64,000 nt of DNA, taken from the NCBI RefSeq assembly GCF_009914755.1, contig NC_060926.1, one strand, 5' to 3'. Both the position numbers and the translations under genes were made by a program. This document shows, piece after piece, positions 29,845 to 43,677 of the stretch. The notes beneath the pieces are model-generated. The model was not told the DNA's origin and made no database searches. It was given only the letters and a program-made list of their open reading frames with translations. The number at the start of each line of letters is the position of its first letter. Position 1 is the first letter of the stretch. The stretch is from the human T2T-CHM13v2.0 reference genome, Homo sapiens.

Positions 29845-32699
29845 TAAAAGACACTTACACTTATAGATAATTTCAAAATAGTTAGTTGACTTTTTCTGGT
29901 TGCCTAAATGTGCCAGGCATAGAAACACATATGGATCTGACCCAGGTATAGACACAACATGGCCATGACTTGCAGTAGTGTGCTAAGGGATCAACAGAGG
30001 TGGAAATGAGAAAGGCTTCCTGTGGTGGTGGTGTGTGACCTGGAGCTCATCACCTGGGTAGCAATTTTGTAAGGAAAGTGAAAAATAATTCTTGTTCACA
30101 CTGGGTGAGGATAAGGGAAAGCATTCCTAGTGGAAGTAAATGACCCAATTGGAGGAAAATAAGGAGCAGGTAGAAAAAAGGCTAAAAGGCTTCAAGAATA
30201 CTGAGTGGCTGCAGTTTAGCTGAGAAGTAAGAATCGTTTGCTGAAAGTCTTCATGTTGAAGTAAAGGTCCCTGGCTTGCAATACAGGTCACCTGTTTTCA
30301 TGAACTTCCAGATAGCAGCATAAAAGGCGAGAGCCCACATATGGGATGACTTAAATTGGTGCGAGGAAATGTGTGTGTCACTCTGATCGGGAGTGGTACG
30401 TGCTGCATTATTAGCCCCAGCCTGAGGCCACAGTACAGTCATAAATCAAGAAGCGGGTGTTTAAAAAACAGTGGAAGTGTTAGGGAAACATGAAGTGGCT
30501 GACCTGTGGGGCTGGGCTGTTCCTCCCTACGAGAACTTCTATGACTAATGATGTGGATAAATAGTGCTTAACTTTCTTATAACCACACGTGTAATTTATT
30601 TAATTCTGGGATACTATGCAGTTCTGTTGAAGCCCCTTCAGATGATGGTGATCAGTTGAAAAAGGTTACCCTCTACTCAGAAGAGGCTGGAGCTTTGTTC
30701 TCACCAAGGAGATTCTTTTTTTCTGATAACTGGGATTAATGTATAGAAAGGTGAGATTTAGGAGTAGCCACCCACTTTTCTAGTTTAATTTATAGCTGTT
30801 GAAAGTCTACCAGTAGATAATCATTCCACTGGATATTTAACAGCCTTTAAAATGAAAATGAAAATAAAAATATCTGGGAAGAAGGTGGGTCTCTCTTTAG
30901 GATTTGTTGGATCACATTCATTGGGATTCATGAAAGTTGAGTGAGGAAAAGGCCTAAAAGCTTATGGGATTGCAGGATGAGAAGTAAATGAGTAGAAGCC
31001 TAAGACTGGCCACCAGCCCTACTCATTAACAGTTGCCACCTTCCCCCTCTAAGCCTCAGTTTTCTCATCTGTAGAAGGGGCTAATAATACCTACCTCATA
31101 AAGTGTTATAAAGATCAAAGTCCAAAGTCAGACACCTATTCCTAGACATGATATATTTCTTAGACGTGTATAAAAGTCAAGTATATTTAAGTTGAACAAG
31201 CATACAGATATATTGTAAGAAAAAGCTGGTCCCAGATAAATATAAATTGCAAAATTTCTAATTACACCTTACTATTTCTGTATAAAAATCTTTATTTTTA
31301 GAAATATTTTTAGCATTTTATTTCTATTCTTTAATAATTGTTTAAATTGTATTTTATAATTGAACACAACAATAATGAGTGTAAGCCCAATGCATATTGA
31401 GGTTCATTAAGGTCATCAATTGTTTGCTTTCAGTACACGCATTTCATTTCATTCATTCATTTATTCAATCATTCAACTGGAACAACAAAATGAGTATCAA
31501 CTACTTGGCAATTTAGTCTCAAATGTGTTAGAATTATGAAACTTAGATTGATGTATCGCTTTCTTTTTTAAAATTTTAACCTTTCTTTAAAAAATTATAA
31601 AATTCAGTCAATATTCATGTAAGTCCACAAACACTGCACAACATACATGCCACTGTCAAACAGAACTTTTGGCCTCCAAAAATGTCCTAGGGATAATTCA
31701 CACAGCTTTTTTTTTATTAGTGATCATGAAAGTCTAAATTCAACATATACATAAGTTTCAGGGGTATCAATGTAACATATAGATAGTAGAAAAAGTTGAA
31801 AACCATTAGTGATGTATCTAAAATGTTTTGGTTAAGGCATCTTCCAAATCTAAAGAAATATCAGGAATGGGATATCAGAGGGTGATGCCAGAGTGAGAGA
31901 AGAAAGCAAGAAAGCATGCAGGCAAAGGGTAAGTCTTGTTCAAAGACATCATGCATTTCCTGAGAGCTGGCGTAGATCAAGCTCATTTTTTTTTCTTCAT
32001 TATTCAGGAGAGCTTCTTAATGTAGACATTCTCAATCCTGGCTGCTTCTTCAAAACATTTATTATTCCCATAAAAATAAGTCAAGGCCTGGGGCCCACCC
32101 AAGGTTGATTAAATTAGAATTTCTGGGGTGGCGTGCAGAGATGGGTTTGAACTTATGCTTCTTCAGTTACAAACAGCATGGTAGTGAGCAAATGACTTGA
32201 CTTTTGTATAACAATTTTCTCATTAAAATGGTTACTGATCTATATCACAGATAACTGTCTAGGTTTACACCTGATACACAAAAAACTGCTCAAAATATAC
32301 TACTTTCCTCTGTATTAGTAGACAATGCTAAAATAGGCAGACGTGAACAGCATTTCTGAGAGATCTTATAATATTATCAAATGAAGCAGGCTGATGAGAG
32401 GATACAGATGCCAGAAGGAGCCAGGGAAAATAACAACATGCTTCTCAGGAAGTAAGCCACTTGCAAAGCATGTGCCAGTTTTCTCAGTCTTAGATGGGGC
32501 ACCATCCATAAGCCAGTAAGTATGACTGCTTCTGACCTGGTCAATGGAAAGTAGAAAGAGAGCTTGCTGTTGGATGTGATGGAAGAGGCTCAGCAACCCA
32601 GAGTGCTCCCTAAGGAACAGGGCATGTTAACCAACCTACTTCTTGCAACTTTTCTTAAGCCGCTGAATATTTGATTGGATTAACTCTTCATAATGAAAG

Positions 32700-33200
32700 G
32701 TTATACCACAGGATCAGAGGGTTGGAATTTATAGTTTCACTCCACAGCCTCTGGCGAGGGTAGAGGAACTGGAGATTAAGTTCAATCACCAATGGACAAT
32801 AATTTAATCAATCATGCCTATATAATGGGGCCTCCGTAAAACCCCCTAACAATGGGGTTCAGAGAGCTTCTGGGTTGCTGAAGGCATCCATGTGCTGGAA
32901 GGATGATCCACTCTCTGTAAGCAGATTATTGAACCTGAGGATAGGTTGGTGAAAACCTGTGATTTGTGGCCAAGTTGGACAAAATGTAGGTAACCTATGG
33001 ACCCGCTACTTGGAATCAATGCCTTAAGTTGTAGGGGATAGTGGTCTTGTGAGACTGGGCCTTTAACTCTCGGAGTCTGACATTAATTATTCATAGATAA
33101 TGTCAGAATATAATTGAATAATTGGACTCCCAGCTGGTGATTGCAGAGAATTGAAAAACTGGTACCCCACACATTTGGTGTCAGAAGGGTTAGCAATAGA
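32700..33200 (+). mobile_element. MER21-family LTR fragment
   Basis: ttcaatcaccaatgg...aatcaatcatgcctatataatg...gagagcttctgggttg...ccccacacatttggtgtcagaag. Confidence 0.7.
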
Positions 33201-33378
33201 GGAACCATTTCATTTGCTTTCAATTTTTTTTAAACCTTCCTTTAGTTTTTGCTCTACTTTCTTTAACTTCTGGAGATAACCACATAAATGATTGATTTCC
33301 AGTTATGCTCTATTTTTATATATTTATTCAAGACTATAATTTCATTATCTTTTTTTTTTCCAAATATTTTAAAACTTC

Positions 33379-33597
<219 letters not shown>

Positions 33598-33599
33598 AA

Positions 33600-36500
33600 C
33601 TTCCATTTTGATTTCTTATATGACCCATGATAATTTAGAAGTATATTTCCCTTCTTTCAAACTTATGAGAGTTTCAAATTATTATTTAGTTACTGATGTT
33701 TATTTTAGCTGAATTGTGACTAGAGAATACATTCCATGTAATCTTAAATCCATAATATATGTTGAATCTTGGTTTATACTCCGATAGAAAGTCACATTTT
33801 GAAATTCTGCATGTGCTTGAAACTTGATGTATCCTGGAGTTGTTGAGCACAGTGTTCCGTATCTATACATTGCATCAACTTTATTATTCAAATTGTTGTT
33901 CAAACCATCTGTAGGCTCACTGATACTTGGTCTGCTTTCTCAATTACTGAGAGAGATGCATTTTAAAAATCCACTGTGACAGTAGATATGCCTATTTTTC
34001 TTGAAGATACACAGTTTTGCTTTTTGTTTTGTACGTTTGAGACTCTACAATTTTAAATTTTCATACAGTTAAATTCTTGCAATTTTTTGTAAAACTGTTA
34101 TATTTCCCTGGTGAATTAAAACTTTTCTTATCATAAGTGACCTTCTTTTTCTATGCTAATGGTTTTTGGCTTAAGTTCTAGTTTGTCTTAATATAGTTGA
34201 ATAAGTTCAGTAACTTAATTGAATAACTGGTTATTCAATTGGTTACTGTTTTCCTGAAGTATCTTTCTTCTTTCTTTTATTTTCAACCTATCCTCATACT
34301 TACATTTAAGATGCATGTCTTGAAACAGCATGAAATTAGACCTTTTAAAAAGTCTAAAATCTCTTCTTTTTACAGAAGTATTTAATCAGTTACATTTATT
34401 GTAACTATACAGTTTTGGTTAAATCTCTCACATTATTTTGTGACTGATACTATCTTTTTTTTTCAGAAAGATTATTTTTATCTTTCTGGTTATTTTCTGC
34501 TTTCTTAGTTTGGAGATTATACCATCTTAATATTATTTCAATGGCTACTCTCAATTGTATCATGTAATCTTGACGTAAATTTTAATATCAATCTTTGCTT
34601 TTATATTATTTCTAGACAATGGAAAACATTTAGAATACTTTAACTCAACTTACCCCTTCCTGACTTATACCTAAATATTGTCAGATATAAGTCATCATTT
34701 TACTTTATTACTTTATATTATTATTTTCTAATATAATTTTCAGTTTTATTTTTACTTAATATTTTCTTTGGTTTTGCTTATTTTACAAGTCTCAGAACCT
34801 CCATCTGGAATTATTTTCCTTAAAACTGAAGTGAATCATTTAGAGTGTCCTTTGTTATAGTTCAGCTATGGCCAGTTCTCTCAGTTTGGGTACCTTTGTT
34901 AACATTTTTGTTTCATATCTATTCTTGATATATATTTTAACTGAATATAGAATTCTAAGTTGGCAGTTATTTTTATTCATTAGATTAATTCCTCTCTCCT
35001 GGCTTATATAATTGCTGGTGAAAAGGTAGTTGTTTATCAGTTGTCTCTCTTTTAATGATGATCTTTCTCTTTTTCTCTGTGGTTTTTAAGATCTTCTCTT
35101 TGCCTTCTGTTGTCTATAGTTTCATTATGATGTATCTTAGTATGAATTGTTTTTTTTCTAAATAGGATTCACTTTTGGTATAGTAGTTTCTATGGGTTTT
35201 GATATGCATCTACCATTGTCATACCACAAAGAATAGTTCCGATGACCTAAACATCGTCTGTACTTTACCTGTTCATTCTTCCCTCCCCTCAACCTCTGGC
35301 AACCATTAATCTTTAAACTGTCTCCATAGTTTTGCCTTTCCAGAATGTCATATAGTTCAAATCATACAGTATGAAGCTTTTTGAGTTTGGCTTCTATCAC
35401 TTAGCAACATTCATTTAAGGTTCCTTCTTGTATTTTTATAGCTTGATAGCACATTTTTCTTGTTAGAAGGAATCCTGTTTTATTGATTGAATGTATCACA
35501 GTTTATGATTGTTCACCTATTGAAGGGCAGGTTGCTTCCAAGTTTTGGCGATTATTAATAAAGTTTCTCTGAACATCTGTGGATCTTATGTCCACTCATG
35601 TGTACACACAAGTTTTTAATATATGCCTTTTCAATGTTTCTATTTAAAATTAGGCTTCTTGGAGCTGTGAATTGTTGTTTTTCATCAATTCTAGAAAATT
35701 TTCATTATCTTCTGAAATATTGCCTCTGTTCCTATTCTCTATTTTCTTTCTATGTCTGACAATTCCCATATCTGAAATATGTGGATCAGTGTTGCTGATT
35801 CTCACTCATGGTAACTGTACCTGTATCCTTGGTGCTACTCACTGCCCTTAAAAAAATTATTTACAGGGGCTGCCCAAGCCTTTTTATGAAGTTATTTTCC
35901 TCAAAGAAGATGTGGGTTTTTTCCTGCCAGTCATTTAGTATACTATCAGTCCCTAACAATTTTAGGCCAAATCGATGATTTGAACTTTCTTGGATTGCCC
36001 TGGTAAAATCATTTGTATTTCTGCATGGAGGCCAGTGCTTAACTTGTAATCTTCCTGGGAAAGATTTTCCTTTTTTTCCTTTTATACATACCCTCTCTGC
36101 TCAGTGTTAAGGCAACTCTCCTGTTCCATGGGAGAGTTAGGAGTGTAATAGTGTTAATTCATGCATACCTTAAGATAAACACGTAGTCCTTCAGAATCCA
36201 GCTTATTGTGAATCTGTGTGGGTATCTATCAAACCCCAGATGTTTTGCAGACTTTCACTTCTGTTGTCCTTGAGGTGCTAGGCAGTCAAAACAAACGTTC
36301 ACATTCATTGTCGTTTCTTCTAGGAAGACAAATACCCTCTGGGTAAAAGTGATTTTGCGTTCTCTCTTAACTTTTAGGTAGGGTTCTCACCTTCATGTTG
36401 GCTTGATTTTGACCTAAAAATTTTTCACCAGCTTGTAGCATTATGATGTTTTTAAGAAAAAAAGTAGACATATGGATATCTATCTATGTATCTATCTATG

Positions 36501-36620
36501 TATCTATGTATCTATGTATCTATGTATCTATCTATCTATCTATCTATCTAATCTATTTAAATTTCATCCAGAATTTCTAGTTGTTCTGGAATAAAAATTG
36601 GTCAAAGTAATTTAGCCCAT
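33600..36620 (-). mobile_element. Old L1M tract, with a nested L1MC/MD-type 3' end at ~35160-35620
   Basis: T-rich L1-like sequence (ttactgagagagatgc..., aacctctggcaaccattaatc...ttttgcctttccagaatgtcatatag). Boundaries approximate. Confidence 0.7.
36477..36556. repeat. Compound (TCTA)/(TGTA) tetranucleotide microsatellite
   Basis: Direct reading. Confidence 0.93.
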
Positions 36621-39600
36621 CATGTCTATAAGCTGACATTCCCTTAAATAATGTTTTTGAAAAGGAAAATACAATATTTTCTCTGTGAACTCTAATTTTA
36701 TTCAGACAGTTTTTATGAAATAATATTGCTATGTCAAGTGTGTTATTGGTTGTATAGTGGGAAAGCTATACTAAATATCTGGAGTCTTTAGTGGGTTTTC
36801 AGAGTTATGTCTAATCACTGAATTCTCAGCAGATGTTGAAGAGTTAAAACGGTTGCATTTCAAAAGAAATAGTTGCATTTACTATATGGTACTGTAATAT
36901 GGTTCTTTTGATCACCATATTGTGATTTAACTCAGACATGTTCATTGTTTGTGCAATTTCTCCAAACCCCTGAAAGATGATATATATCCCTCTGGCAGGA
37001 AACCAACACTCTAGAGTGGCACTGGGTTATTTAACCACCCTGATAAATAATTTACACTTGGGGATATTATGCAGAAACCTTTTCAATTAACTTGTGTTGA
37101 CAGAGAAACTAAATATAGTAGTCATTGAATTTTTTTTTAATGCATTCTTGACCTATCAGGCAGAAATAATCTTGTTTAAAATAACGTCCACTCTAGAAAA
37201 TGAATATATGAAAGAGAAAAATTTTGAATAATAACCATATACGAGAGTTAAATATCTAAGATTGTTTTGATTTCAGAGGAAATTTTAACTTTTTCTAAGT
37301 ACATCATTTTAGTTCACTAAAAGAAGGATCTGCTGGTTGAGTAAAAAAGCCAAAGGTTCTAAACTCTAAAGATTTTGGTCCAAATCGTGGCTGCAGATGA
37401 GTCACTTGAGTTTTCTGAAGCCTTGTTTCCTTATCTATAAATTAGGAATAAGAATAGTTTACAATGTTGTTACAAGAATTAGAGATAATATATGTAAACT
37501 ATCTCAAATAAATAGTAGTTTTTATTCTGGAAAGAATTTTCCCTAATGAGTTTAATCACATGTCCTATTTTATTCTATTAACTGATGAGCCATGGTCTTA
37601 GGGATTTGCAAGAATGTGGCACTATTTTAAAAAGAAAATAAGTCTTCTTTAGTTTTTTTCCTACGTGTAAACTTATTTGAAAATTAATTAACAGCTGGAG
37701 TAAATTAATACTAAATATGGCAAAATTAATTGTGTTGGCTTTAGCAAGTCACATCTGTCAACTGAAGACAGGCTGCTTACTAAAATACACAGGCATCTGC
37801 AGAAAGAACTAGAAGATGGAGTCAATAATTTGACTGAACTATACAGAAATTTCCAGGGGAATTTGTGGCAGGATGATGATGATGATGATTATGATTGTCT
37901 GTATGCTTTCTTTGTAGACATTCTAGTTTTCCTTGTACTAATTCCCAATTACCATTGACTATCATTGTCAAAAATAATGCCACACTTACTTAACGGCATT
38001 TTCATGCTTACTGTTTTGACTGTTAAATACGAGTGTTAAAGAAGAATCCAGCATTGGCTTCACAAGCCAGAAGAGCTCTCTTTTCTTCAATAAAGATGGA
38101 ACTCATTTCCTAGGGTATAGTGAGAGACCATCTACCAGGACAGCCAAATCAGCCCCATCTACCCTGACCATCAGTAATGTGGTAGACACCTGAGCTTTCA
38201 GGTCATTAATTAACTAATTAATTTGTCAACCTAATATTTTGTGAGTGATTGATATAGCCCCATTCCAGATGTTAGCAGGATGCAGAAAAGGTGCAAACAG
38301 ATTCCTGTTTTCAGTGTACTCACAGTTTAGTGCTTGGCCACTCACAACTAACCTTTGAGTCCCTTCCTATCTCTACTTCTCTGACTTGTTTTGCAGCATA
38401 AACACAGGAATAAATATTCCTAAGGTAACCAAGGATTCGGTCATGAATGTCTTTCTAATCCATTCACACTACCCAAAACACTTATGCAGGATTATCCATC
38501 ACGAGTCATTCTACAGTCCTAATCACATTGGCTGCTGAAGGAAGCCTCGTATTAATTACATTTTTCCTAAATGGAAAACAGCTGTGATAAATTAATCTAT
38601 TCACCAGAAATCTCATATTAGGAAATGAAGTCTCATATTTCTCATATAGGAATATCTATATCCTGATATAGATTTTTCTCAACTGTCAGTGTCTCCAACT
38701 GGAAGAGGAAGAATAATATCTTCCTCTACCTTACCTGTGTCTTTGAATGTGGCTGGTTCACTTGGCCCCTTCTACTTCTCTGTCATACAGCAGAGACAAA
38801 ATGTTTCCTCAGCTAGACTAGAAACATTTAAATGATAAACACATATTTTTTTAAAAAAATGTCACTCAGATGCAGTAAAGTCAGCAAAACAGAACACATA
38901 ATTACAAGGCCCACTTAAAGAGACACATCCAGAGCATAAATCTCCTGCTTAAGGATGGGCCTAATGCAGATATTACTGCTAATGCCACTAAACATTCAGT
39001 CTCAGAAGTCACTTCCTGTGCTCTGATTCTAGAAGAACTAATTAAGATTCTGAGTATAAGTTGGCTTCCCAAATGGATTTTCTTTATTGGGATACATTTT
39101 GCTACCCAAAGAAAAGTTTCCTGTTCTTTTGTTGGTTTCTCATTATTGACAGATATTTTGACAAATTCAAATATCTGAGGCTACTAAGCTAAGGCTTCAA
39201 CATTGTACAATTGTGATTAAAGAAATGTCATACTGATTGCCTCTCTTCCCCCAACCCACCCCCAGCCCTTCAAGTAGTAATACTGAATTTCTTTGTGCCT
39301 TCTATATATGCCATGGCTTGGTCATTTGCAAAGTGATTTTAATTACCAACTTATGTTTTTCCTTTCTGGTCAGCAATCCTGGTAGATTATATTTGTTATA
39401 TGAAACAGAATCCATCCCAGATATTTTAAGGAGGAACAGAAAACATTAAAGTAGGTATGTATAAAATAATGGAAAGGCCTGGAAGAATGACATAGGTTCT
39501 AGAAATAGAAATGACTCCAAGAATACACAAGAACTGACCTGCGAGGGGAAGGTACTACTTCTGCCCAAATCTGCACCTTCAGGAAGTTGTAAGACCTAAA

Positions 39601-42234
39601 GACTGCCAATGGAAATAAAAGTTAAAACACATGGCATCATGTGTGTCATACTAGGATCTAAACATCAGCGAACTGGAATCAAGATACCATCATGACTGCA
39701 ACCTCCTCTCAACACCCATCAGGAGGTGAGTCAACATGGAATCATTGTAGAATCGGCCCCAATTGCCTCTTGTTATCAAAGAAAACAAAACGAAACAAAA
39801 TTGACTCTGTTTCTATGGCCTTTCTTGCCAGCAGAAAATAGCCAAAAACTATAGGTAAAAAGGCCTGCTCAGTTGTCCCCTCAACATCTAATTTCATGGG
39901 TATATGTTTGCTGGAAACTGGTTTTCATTCTTGATGTAGGCAATGTAGTTTGTTTTTGTTTTTAAATTGTCCAACTCATGCAAGATAAAAAAGGGCACTC
40001 TAGATGTAGGTAGGAAAGAAAACTGAATACCAATTGACCATATCCAAGATATTTCATGTTCCATTTGTCTTATGTTCCTACAAATGTAATATAAAAATTT
40101 TTGCAAGATACCCTATCTTACACATAGTCTACTCTTTGCATGCAGTCTCTTAATGCAGATGTATGTATGCATTTGAGAATACGGTTGAAACTGTGCCCTG
40201 GAGTTGGTTGTAAATTATTATACTTAGTAGCATACTACATGAGATTCTGTGTAGTACTATACCTAAGGATGCTATAGCTAATTATTAAGTATGTAATAAG
40301 TGTATCATTGAACATCCCTATGCCATATGTAGGCTGAAGAAAAAGCCAGACAAACCTCCACCGAGAAAAGAGCACACACATGTGACTTTTTACATCCCAC
40401 ATTTACTTTAATGAAATATGGACGCCCTAATCTGCTGTTTCTTTCCTTTCTACTATGCTACAATACTTTTCTTAATTAAGAATAATCATTTTTTTTGGTA
40501 GCTTCAGTTATTTCTTTCAAAATATCCAAATACAGTTATCTTCCTCTTTTCCAGTTCATAAAGAGAACATGCAAAATATGTGTTCAGTGAAGAATGAAAA
40601 ATATATATCCAAGCCTTCTCCAAAAAGGCCTCAGTGACTTTTGCAACATCCTCAACTTCATTTATCTATAGGATGGCTTTTGATAGCTTTATGTAAGCTT
40701 TTTAAAGTTCAGCCAAGCCAGCTGCATGATCAACACAAAGACAATAGCTCCCACACACAGGGTTACATGGATTAAAGAACCCGATCCATCAGTAAACCTG
40801 CCAGATGGCAGTGGAAGAAAGCTTGTAACTCTCTCACTTTCATTTCAACAGCAGCAAACAATGTTCAATGTTTAAAATAAACTCTTCCAGATGAGCTAAA
40901 GATAAACTCTGAGGTGGGTGGACTTGATCTTGTTAGGCTGCAGCTCTGAAGTGTTTGATTACATTAACACAAAACCCCTGGGTAGAACCCACTTCTGTCA
41001 ACAGAATGCCTAGACTCAAACACCTACTACACAAAGCCATTTCCTGTGCTTTCATGGGTTGGTGGCAGAAACTCGCTCTGCTTTTTTCACAAACTAATAA
41101 TAATTATATATTTTTCTGTGCTCAACATTTCCTCAAACCATGTGGATAACTTCAAGATGTAACTAAAATGCCAACATATATGTATGCCTGCACAGATAAA
41201 ATGTTTTGAATCTGTTTACAACTTAAAATTCTACTATTTATTCACCTTACTACTCTCATAGTAGCAAAAATGGGGGCTATTAGGAAGATTTAGAACCAAT
41301 TTCATTCTGTCAAAAGCTGGAGAACTATCTACATCTGTGGGTTATACCAAAAAGAAAAAAGAGGAAGGTACAAGTGCTTAAGTTCAACATTATAAAGGAA
41401 GGTAGAAACTTTTTTGTTTTTAATAGACTCTAAAACCCCCAACTTAGGACAAACCAGCCTGGAATAGTTCATATGTAACATGGCAACTTCCAAATATAAA
41501 ATGACATACGAAAAATAACTTTATTATAAACATTCAGAAACATATTTATCACAATTAATAGGAGATTTTAAAATGAGAGAGAGAGAAACAAATCTGATGA
41601 TGAAACTAAATTTTAAGAACTGGCTACAAAAACACTTTAGGACCAAATATATCAAGTTATCAATTCAATATACTGGTGCATTTTAAAAAATAAAACTATT
41701 CCCAAATTTAGATTAGAACTCCTTGGAAAAACATGCTTCACGACACAGAACACATTTATTTCTATCCCTCCAAACGAAAACTCTTCTGATATGAAGTGAT
41801 ACCTCTGCTGTACAATAGAAGCATTCTTATTTTGAATTGGTTGGTTACATTTAAAAAGTTGATTAAAGCAGAAAATAAAAAAGATGAATTATATGTACCA
41901 CAAAATGTTTGAACTTAAAACATATAACATGTTCATTTCTTTGTCTATCTTCTAATATAAGGCTACGGGTTCAACTGGTATCTTCGTTGTTTTCCTTTTT
42001 GAGCATGGACTCACTTGGAATTTCATTTTCTTACATTGTTCAAGAATACCTTGTTTTATCATGCTTCACTTGACTGTGCTTTGCAGGTACTGCATTTTTT
42101 TTTTTTTTAACAAACTGAAGGTTTCTAGCATCCCTGCATGGAGCAAATCCATTGGTGACATTTTTTCAATGGTTTGTGCACACTTCATGTCTCTGTCATA
42201 TTTTGGTAATGCTTAGCAATATTTCAAACTTTAT

Positions 42235-42569
<335 letters not shown>

Positions 42570-43314
42570 TCAGTAATCTTTGATGTTATCCTAGTAATTG
42601 TTCTGGGGCACTAGAAGCCCCACCCATATAAGATGGCAAATGTAATTGATAAATGTTGTGTGTGTTCTGACTGCTCCGGTCATTCCCACATCTCTTTCCC
42701 TCTCCTTGGGCCTCCCCATTGCCTGAGACACAACAATATTGAAATTAAGTCAATTAATAATCCTACAATGGCTACTAAGCATTCAAGTGAAAGAAAGAGT
42801 CTCACATCTCTCAATTTAAATCAAAAACTAGGAACTATTAAGCTTAGTGAGGAAGGCATGTTGAAAGCCAAGAAAGGCCAAAAGCGAGGCCTCTCCTGCC
42901 AAACAGTTGGCCAAGTTATGAACACAAAGAAAAGTTCTTGAAAGAAATTAAACATGCAATTCCAGGAAACACATGAATGATAAGCAAGTGAAACAGCCTC
43001 ATATTGCTGATATGGAGAAAGTTTTAGTGGGCTGTCTAAAGTGATCTTCTAAGATCAAACCAGCCACAACATTCCCTAAAGCCAAAACCTAATTCAGAGC
43101 AAGGCCCTAACTCAACTCTATCTGGGTTGAGAGAGGTGAGAAAGCTGCAGAAGAAAAGTTTGAAGCTAGCAGAGGTTGGTTCATGAGGTTTAGGGAAAGA
43201 AGCCATCTCTGCAACATTAAAGTGCAAGGTGAAGCAGCAAGTGCTAATCCAGAAGCTACAGCAAGTTATCCAGAAGAGCTAGCTAAGAACATTGATGAAG
43301 GTGGCCACACTAAG

Positions 43315-43677
43315 TGATATGGTTTGACTGTGCCCCACTCAAATCTCATCTTGAATTGTAGCTTCCACAATTCCCATGTGTTGTGGGAGGGACCCGTGGG
43401 AGGTAATTGAATCATGTGGATGGGTCTTTCCTGTGCTGTTCTCATGGTAGTGAATAAGTCTCAAGAGATCTGGTGGGTTTATAAGGGGAAACTTCTTTTG
43501 CTTGTCTCTCATTTTCTCTCTTCCCTGCAGCCATGTAAGATATGCCTTTCACCTTCTGCTATGATTGTTAGGCCTCCCCAGCCACGTGGAACTGTGAGTC
43601 CATTAAACTTCTTTTTCTTTATAAATTGCCCAGCCTTGGGTACGTCTTTATCAGCAGCATGAAAATGGACTAATACA
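43315..43677 (+). mobile_element. THE1 (B/C-like) MaLR solo LTR inserted in Tigger1
   Basis: tgatatggtttg...ggactaataca with perfect 5-bp TSD ctaag. Confidence 0.93.
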
